NCBI GenBank assembly: GCA_964610015.1
Contig: CAZSUM010000002.1
Location: 5,725 to 38,408, forward strand
Direction of reading: 5' to 3'
Length of the DNA: 32,684 nt
DNA from: an uncultured Lentisphaeraceae bacterium
Lineage (GTDB): Bacteria; Verrucomicrobiota; Kiritimatiellia; RFP12; UBA1067
Shown: positions 28,327 to 32,684 of the stretch, in pieces
Position numbering within the stretch: the first letter of the stretch is position 1
Layout: the number at the start of each line of letters is the position of its first letter
Made by a program: the position numbers and the translations under genes
Notes under the pieces: model-generated
Told to the model about the DNA's origin: nothing
Seen by the model: only the letters and a program-made list of their open reading frames with translations
Database searches by the model: none

Positions 28327-28349
28327 TACCAGAGATCGGCGGACGCCTC
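28327..28349 (+). repeat. Truncated restart of the repeat (copy E stub)
   Basis: ACCAGAGATCGGCGGACGCCTC repeats ACCAGAGACCTGCGGACGCCTC (28260-28281) about 67 nt downstream. Confidence 0.6.
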
Positions 28350-28538
28350 TGGGAAATATCCGTTGTCTCATCTTGGAGTTCTTGGGGTCTGGGCGTGAGA
28401 CAATGACTGGAAGCCATGCAACCCCGTTTTTGCACGCGGGTGGTTGAGATTCTTGACATCAAGTAACCGAAGTGCAAAACTACAGTTTAATTGTGGCTTA
28501 ACGGAGACCTGTCTAATAGAGCCACATGAAAGGTGTAT

Positions 28539-31500
28539 ATGATAAAACGTTTGGTGTTGGTGTGTGCGGTTGTGTTGGCTTCTTTGTGTGGGTGGGCTTA
28601 TCCCGTGATAGGGACGGATACGGCAAGTGTCAGGGCGAAGGCTTGGACTATGCAGCTTGGCACTGCTAAGGCGCGTGCCAATGCACAAAATTTACCTCTT
28701 TTGGTTGTAATTATTGACTCCTCGAGCTGTGGTTATTGTAAAACACTGGATGCGAATATTTTTCAGAGTTCCGAATGGGTGTCATTTTTGAATAACTACC
28801 CGATGTTTCTGGTGATGGTCGACCGTAGCAAGTTAACATCCAGTGCTTGGACCACACTCACTGCGGCCTATCGTACCAATGGTGGCGTAGATTTCCCGAC
28901 GGTTGCGATTCATGCGCCAGACGGTACGAAGTTGCATCAATTCTTGGCGCGAAACGGTTACGCACAAGATCCGTATTTTTACAATGTCGTTCTTGCGAGA
29001 ACTGAATCTTATTATGGCTCGGGAACCATTGGTTTAAGTCTGGCATCGCAGAATGTTTCTGAAAACAGTGGTGAGTTGACGGTGACGGTTACGCGTGAGG
29101 GGAGCGGCGCGGGAGCCCAGCGTTTTTCATATACAACGGTTGAGGGTACGGCAGTTGAGGATCGTGATTTCACGGCTACGTCCGGTATCTTGGAATGGGC
29201 AGATGGTGAAAAAAACAGCAAGCTCTTTACGGTGCCACTCATTAATGATTCACGTTGGACCACACCGACGCAGCGCGTGTTCACCGTGACAATTGCTAAG
29301 GTTTCGGGAGAAGCCGAGGTTGGCACCACTGTGCAAACAGTGACAATCACGGAAGCTGAGCCCTATGCGCCGGGAATCGTTGGTTTTACCTCTGATAGTG
29401 GATCCGTGAATGAGGGCGCTGTTTACACAGGCCTTGTGGCTAGAACAGGAGGGGCTGTTGGGAGTGCCACGGTGACACTGTCATCCGTTGACTATCATGT
29501 GGACCCTGCAACGCTGAGTTGGGCTGACAACGAATCGCAGGAAAAGCAATTCACAGTGTCAGGAATTCCGCTTAACGCTTCTTACGATCCACGTGCATTT
29601 GCTGTTACGATGGTGCTCAGTGCCGGTGAGGTTGAGTTGGGGTTGGCGGAACAGTCGGTGGCTGTCCGAGATCAGCTTGTTAGCGCGACCTTTGAAGAGT
29701 ATGTGGCAGATCGGCCTGTGTATGAGGCGTTGACGCAAGAAGATGAACTCTGGTTTTACAACGAAACTCAAGATGCGTTGCGCACTGAACCGTTGAGTGA
29801 CGGAGAGTCTGCTGTGCTTGCGTGGACAGCACCTGAAGCAGGACGCCTGACCTTTACTTTGACACAATCAGGACTTTCTGATGCGCCACTCGGAATCAAT
29901 TATGAAAATTCCGGAACAGTTGTTGTCGAGATTGGCGAACAGCACTACCCGTTGCTAACGTTGATTGAGACGCATACCGTGGGTGTTCAAGCGGGTGAGG
30001 TGGTCCGTTGGCGTGCGACAGGGCAAAGTGGTCAGTACGTGGTTTACCTCAAAACCTTGGGATGGGAGGCGCTGACGCCTGTTGTGGCAGAGGGAACGTT
30101 CCCTGTGACGGAACAGAAATACCAGATCGATGCTGTACGTGTTGACACCAACTTGGTGGATTTGATCTGGCAGGTCGATGCCGAAAATCCATCGAATACG
30201 GTGTATCGGTTGTATAGCGGATCGACGGCTCAAACATTGGTGGATCAAGGGGCCGTCGTTAGCGGCGTCAATGCGGTCGGACAAGGGCTTGTGAATCTGA
30301 CGGAAGCGCAAGGCTGGATCTATTGGCGTGTAGATTGTGAAGTGCCGACTGATTATGGCACGGCGATGGTGCAGGGGCCCGTCTGGCGCTTTGCAGTGGT
30401 GGACCTTCCAATTTTCAGCGAAGAGGCTCCGCAAGCAGGTGCGACACTTAATGCCTTCCAGCGTGCGAATGCCCTCATTGGCGCAGCGGCAGACAGTACA
30501 ACACCCGTCACCTACTCGGCAACAGGCTTGCCGCGTGGTTTGACGATTGATCCAGCGACTGGCGTGATTTCAGGAGAAGCCCGTGAGACGGGGGTCTTTC
30601 TTGTAACCGTGACTGCGAGCAACAGCGAGGGAAGCACTCAGTTACAGTTCAATGTTCGTACGCAGGATCTGCCCGACTCTGTCAGCCGTGTTGAATTCGA
30701 CGGGGTCTTGTTTGCAAGTGAAGCGTTGGGTGGAGACTCGGACGAATCACCCCCGGTCGTGGGGACAGTGAATTTCAATGCGAGTTCATCCGGTCGCCTA
30801 AGTGCCACCATTGAAACTGCCGGCGAGCGGTATCGGATACGAGGCACTTGGGATAGTGGTTCACCGGACGGGACATTCCGTGCGACACTCACGACCCGCA
30901 CGGGCGAGACGTTACAGGTGAGTGTGACATCAGAGGGCGAGTTTGAGGGTTCGTTTGACGGTCAACCCGTGATCGCAAGTAGCGTTTCGTCAACCGAGGC
31001 CGCCCCCTATGTTGGCTACTACACGGTTGCCCTGCATGCGGACGTTTTGGATGTTGGCTCAGAGACCATCAACAATGCGCCAGCAGGTTACGGGTATTTG
31101 ACCTTTACGGTTAGTTCTCGGGGACAGATCCGGTATGGAGGCGTGATTGCAGATGGCGAGCGCATCAGCGGGTCGACCGCGTTAATGACCTTCACGGGTG
31201 TTGAGATGCAGCAGATGGGATATTCGGTAGACACTGATGCCCTGTTTGCCTGTTTCCCAGTCTATGAGGCAGCCTATCGCAACCGTGGAACAATAGCGGC
31301 GCTGGTTTGGATTGAGGCTCGCTCCTTGCTGAGTTTCAGTGACAACCGGATTTGGCTTGATAACTCCATGTGGTATTACCCCGGTAAAAGCACATCGTTG
31401 ACAGACGATGCCTTCTTGGCGAAGTTTACAGGGCCAGCAGAGATCGTGGGTGGATTCTTTACCAAGCGTCAAGATCTGCAACTGCTCTTTGAAAATGCCT

Positions 31501-31805
31501 TCTTCTTTACCGAAGACGCTTCCCTGCCCGTTGTTGTGTCTCAATCCTCCTTGACGTTTGACCGCAGAAATGAGTTGGATGGCCGCCTACGGGGCTCATC
31601 TTCAACAGGACTTTTCTCTGGCACCTTTAAGGAGGTTGACGCCGAGACTGCGCGTAAACAGACGCAGCGCTTCAAAGGTGTGTTAATCGTTGGAGACGAG
31701 AGTGAGGCAGCAGGCTTTGGGGCTTATCAAAAAGAGGACGATACAACGGGGAGTTACCGATTAGAGCGTTCATTGCCAGTGGAAATTAACAACGCTCCAC
31801 GCTAG
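28539..31805 (+). CDS. Large secreted/surface protein: thioredoxin-fold (CxxC) N-domain, Calx-beta repeats, Ig-like (He_PIG-type) domain, unassigned C-terminal half
   Basis: The start is taken at the ATG at 28539, preceded by AAAGGTG. It has a signal peptide. The segment LPLLVVIIDSSSCGYCKTLD...FPTVAIHAPDG looks like a Thioredoxin_7/DsbD-type fold. A Calx-beta pattern is present (VEGTAVEDRDFTATSGILEWADGEKNSKLFTVPLINDSRW...FTVTI), followed by a second, degenerate copy. The Ig-like segment is YSATGLPRGLTIDPATGVISGEA..GVFLVTVTASN. Confidence 0.8.
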   Translation: MIKRLVLVCAVVLASLCGWAYPVIGTDTASVRAKAWTMQLGTAKARANAQNLPLLVVIIDSSSCGYCKTLDANIFQSSEWVSFLNNYPMFLVMVDRSKLTSSAWTTLTAAYRTNGGVDFPTVAIHAPDGTKLHQFLARNGYAQDPYFYNVVLARTESYYGSGTIGLSLASQNVSENSGELTVTVTREGSGAGAQRFSYTTVEGTAVEDRDFTATSGILEWADGEKNSKLFTVPLINDSRWTTPTQRVFTVTIAKVSGEAEVGTTVQTVTITEAEPYAPGIVGFTSDSGSVNEGAVYTGLVARTGGAVGSATVTLSSVDYHVDPATLSWADNESQEKQFTVSGIPLNASYDPRAFAVTMVLSAGEVELGLAEQSVAVRDQLVSATFEEYVADRPVYEALTQEDELWFYNETQDALRTEPLSDGESAVLAWTAPEAGRLTFTLTQSGLSDAPLGINYENSGTVVVEIGEQHYPLLTLIETHTVGVQAGEVVRWRATGQSGQYVVYLKTLGWEALTPVVAEGTFPVTEQKYQIDAVRVDTNLVDLIWQVDAENPSNTVYRLYSGSTAQTLVDQGAVVSGVNAVGQGLVNLTEAQGWIYWRVDCEVPTDYGTAMVQGPVWRFAVVDLPIFSEEAPQAGATLNAFQRANALIGAAADSTTPVTYSATGLPRGLTIDPATGVISGEARETGVFLVTVTASNSEGSTQLQFNVRTQDLPDSVSRVEFDGVLFASEALGGDSDESPPVVGTVNFNASSSGRLSATIETAGERYRIRGTWDSGSPDGTFRATLTTRTGETLQVSVTSEGEFEGSFDGQPVIASSVSSTEAAPYVGYYTVALHADVLDVGSETINNAPAGYGYLTFTVSSRGQIRYGGVIADGERISGSTALMTFTGVEMQQMGYSVDTDALFACFPVYEAAYRNRGTIAALVWIEARSLLSFSDNRIWLDNSMWYYPGKSTSLTDDAFLAKFTGPAEIVGGFFTKRQDLQLLFENAFFFTEDASLPVVVSQSSLTFDRRNELDGRLRGSSSTGLFSGTFKEVDAETARKQTQRFKGVLIVGDESEAAGFGAYQKEDDTTGSYRLERSLPVEINNAPR

Positions 31806-31860
31806 ATGTGAGTCCTGTTATTTCAATAGACAGTGGCGGTTTTTGGAAGGGATAGAGTTT

Positions 31861-32684
31861 ATGAAAAAAGTTTGGATAGTCTCTGGGACGATTGTCGTCT
31901 GCGCAGGGCTGGCATTCCTCGCTATTTCGCGCATGCAGCGTCAAAAGGTTCAACCGGGGGTGGGTGGCGTCGATGCTTCCGCCTCTGCGGCGAGTCAAGA
32001 CACGATGCCGGTGACTGCGAAGAACGCTGGGCAGAAACCGATTAAACCGGTGAGCATTGATTCGGCAAGTGCCGAATCAACGAACACGAACACGGACTCA
32101 AAACTGGTGGCAAAGGGAGTCAAACCCATTGAGCCCGTTGATTTTTCGAAAGAGGTTCGGGCGCTAAATGACGCGTTGGATGATGACAACATTGAGCTTG
32201 CCTTGAAAGAGGCTAGACGCTTGATGAAGCATCCGGATGCGGATGTCCGCAGTCAGGTTGCTTTTGCGCTCTCGTGGATTGGTGTCAAAGGGCTTTCTGA
32301 GTTGACGGCTATGTTGACTGATCCTGATCCAGAGGTAGCGTCTGCTGCGTTTGATTACTGGAAAGGTGGTCTTGATGAGATCAACAGTGATCTAGACAAA
32401 GCGGCAATGATCGGTTCAGCCGCGCAACTGTTTGGTGAAACGATGAGTGATGATGTCCTCTTTGACCTCGTTATGGAGTGCAACATGTTGGATGATGAAG
32501 TTGCTCTGCCTCAGTTGGCGACGATTTTGCAGACGGTCACTAAACCTGAGCATAAAGAGCAGGTTATTGAGGCGATCCAGCAAACGATGAGTGAGACGGA
32601 TACGCCGGCAGATGATGAAGCTGGGCTGTTGGCTCAGATTCCACTTGAACTGCAAGCACGTGAAAAGATCAAAGCTGAAGAGAA
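31861..32684 (+). CDS. Membrane-anchored HEAT/PBS-lyase-like repeat protein, 3' end truncated by the window
   Basis: It is not in the ORF track because there is no stop in the window. Frame 1 is open from the ATG at 31861 to the end: MKKVWIVSGTIVVCAGLAFLAI (TM anchor), a low-complexity linker, then HPDADVRSQVAFALSWIG and DPDPEVASAAFDYW HEAT-like repeats. It starts 55 nt after the large protein with no intervening terminator. Confidence 0.7.
   Translation, partial: MKKVWIVSGTIVVCAGLAFLAISRMQRQKVQPGVGGVDASASAASQDTMPVTAKNAGQKPIKPVSIDSASAESTNTNTDSKLVAKGVKPIEPVDFSKEVRALNDALDDDNIELALKEARRLMKHPDADVRSQVAFALSWIGVKGLSELTAMLTDPDPEVASAAFDYWKGGLDEINSDLDKAAMIGSAAQLFGETMSDDVLFDLVMECNMLDDEVALPQLATILQTVTKPEHKEQVIEAIQQTMSETDTPADDEAGLLAQIPLELQAREKIKAEE

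Noticed and set aside
25085-28349. CRISPR array
   Set aside because: The repeats are about 50 nt, occur in both orientations, are irregularly spaced from 0.1 to 1.5 kb apart, and are separated by genes. No cas genes are present.
28453-28490. TTGACA box upstream of the 1088-aa protein gene, considered as its promoter
   Set aside because: No acceptable -10 hexamer lies 16-19 nt downstream (only AAAACT or AAACTA), so I do not call it. The real promoter may be non-canonical or located elsewhere.
29955-30434. 159-aa minus-strand ORF
   Set aside because: It is antisense to the large Calx-beta protein gene, with no RBS and a His/Arg-rich shadow-frame composition.

Overview
This is a 32.7-kb chromosomal window of roughly 50% GC (judged by eye). 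Its gene content points to a PVC-superphylum bacterium (Verrucomicrobiota, Lentisphaerota or Planctomycetota-like), probably an anaerobe.

Positions 1-24.9 kb are mostly core genes. They comprise the 3' end of an ammonium transporter plus glnK, a secreted alpha/beta hydrolase, and a B12-binding radical SAM gene followed by ubiE/menG. Then come gyrB, gdhA (which may have a sigma-54 promoter), and a YacP/NYN-domain coiled-coil protein next to an RsmC-like methyltransferase. The rest is a tightly packed nifU-paaK-ACT-paaK operon, mscS, kdsD-exbB-exbD-tonB, and the PVC-typical DUF1549/1553 - DUF1501 - PPC-domain triad.

Positions 24.9-32.7 kb look accessory. Long intergenic spacers carry a family of ~50-nt GC-rich palindromic (REP/MITE-like) repeats. 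The repeats bracket an orphan Cys-rich secreted protein, a divergent parvulin-type PPIase, and a 1088-aa thioredoxin-fold/Calx-beta/Ig surface protein. A membrane-anchored HEAT-repeat protein follows and is cut by the window end.

I saw no tRNA, rRNA, CRISPR array, transposase, integrase or recognisable defence gene. All family assignments rest on motif recognition by eye; no searches were run.
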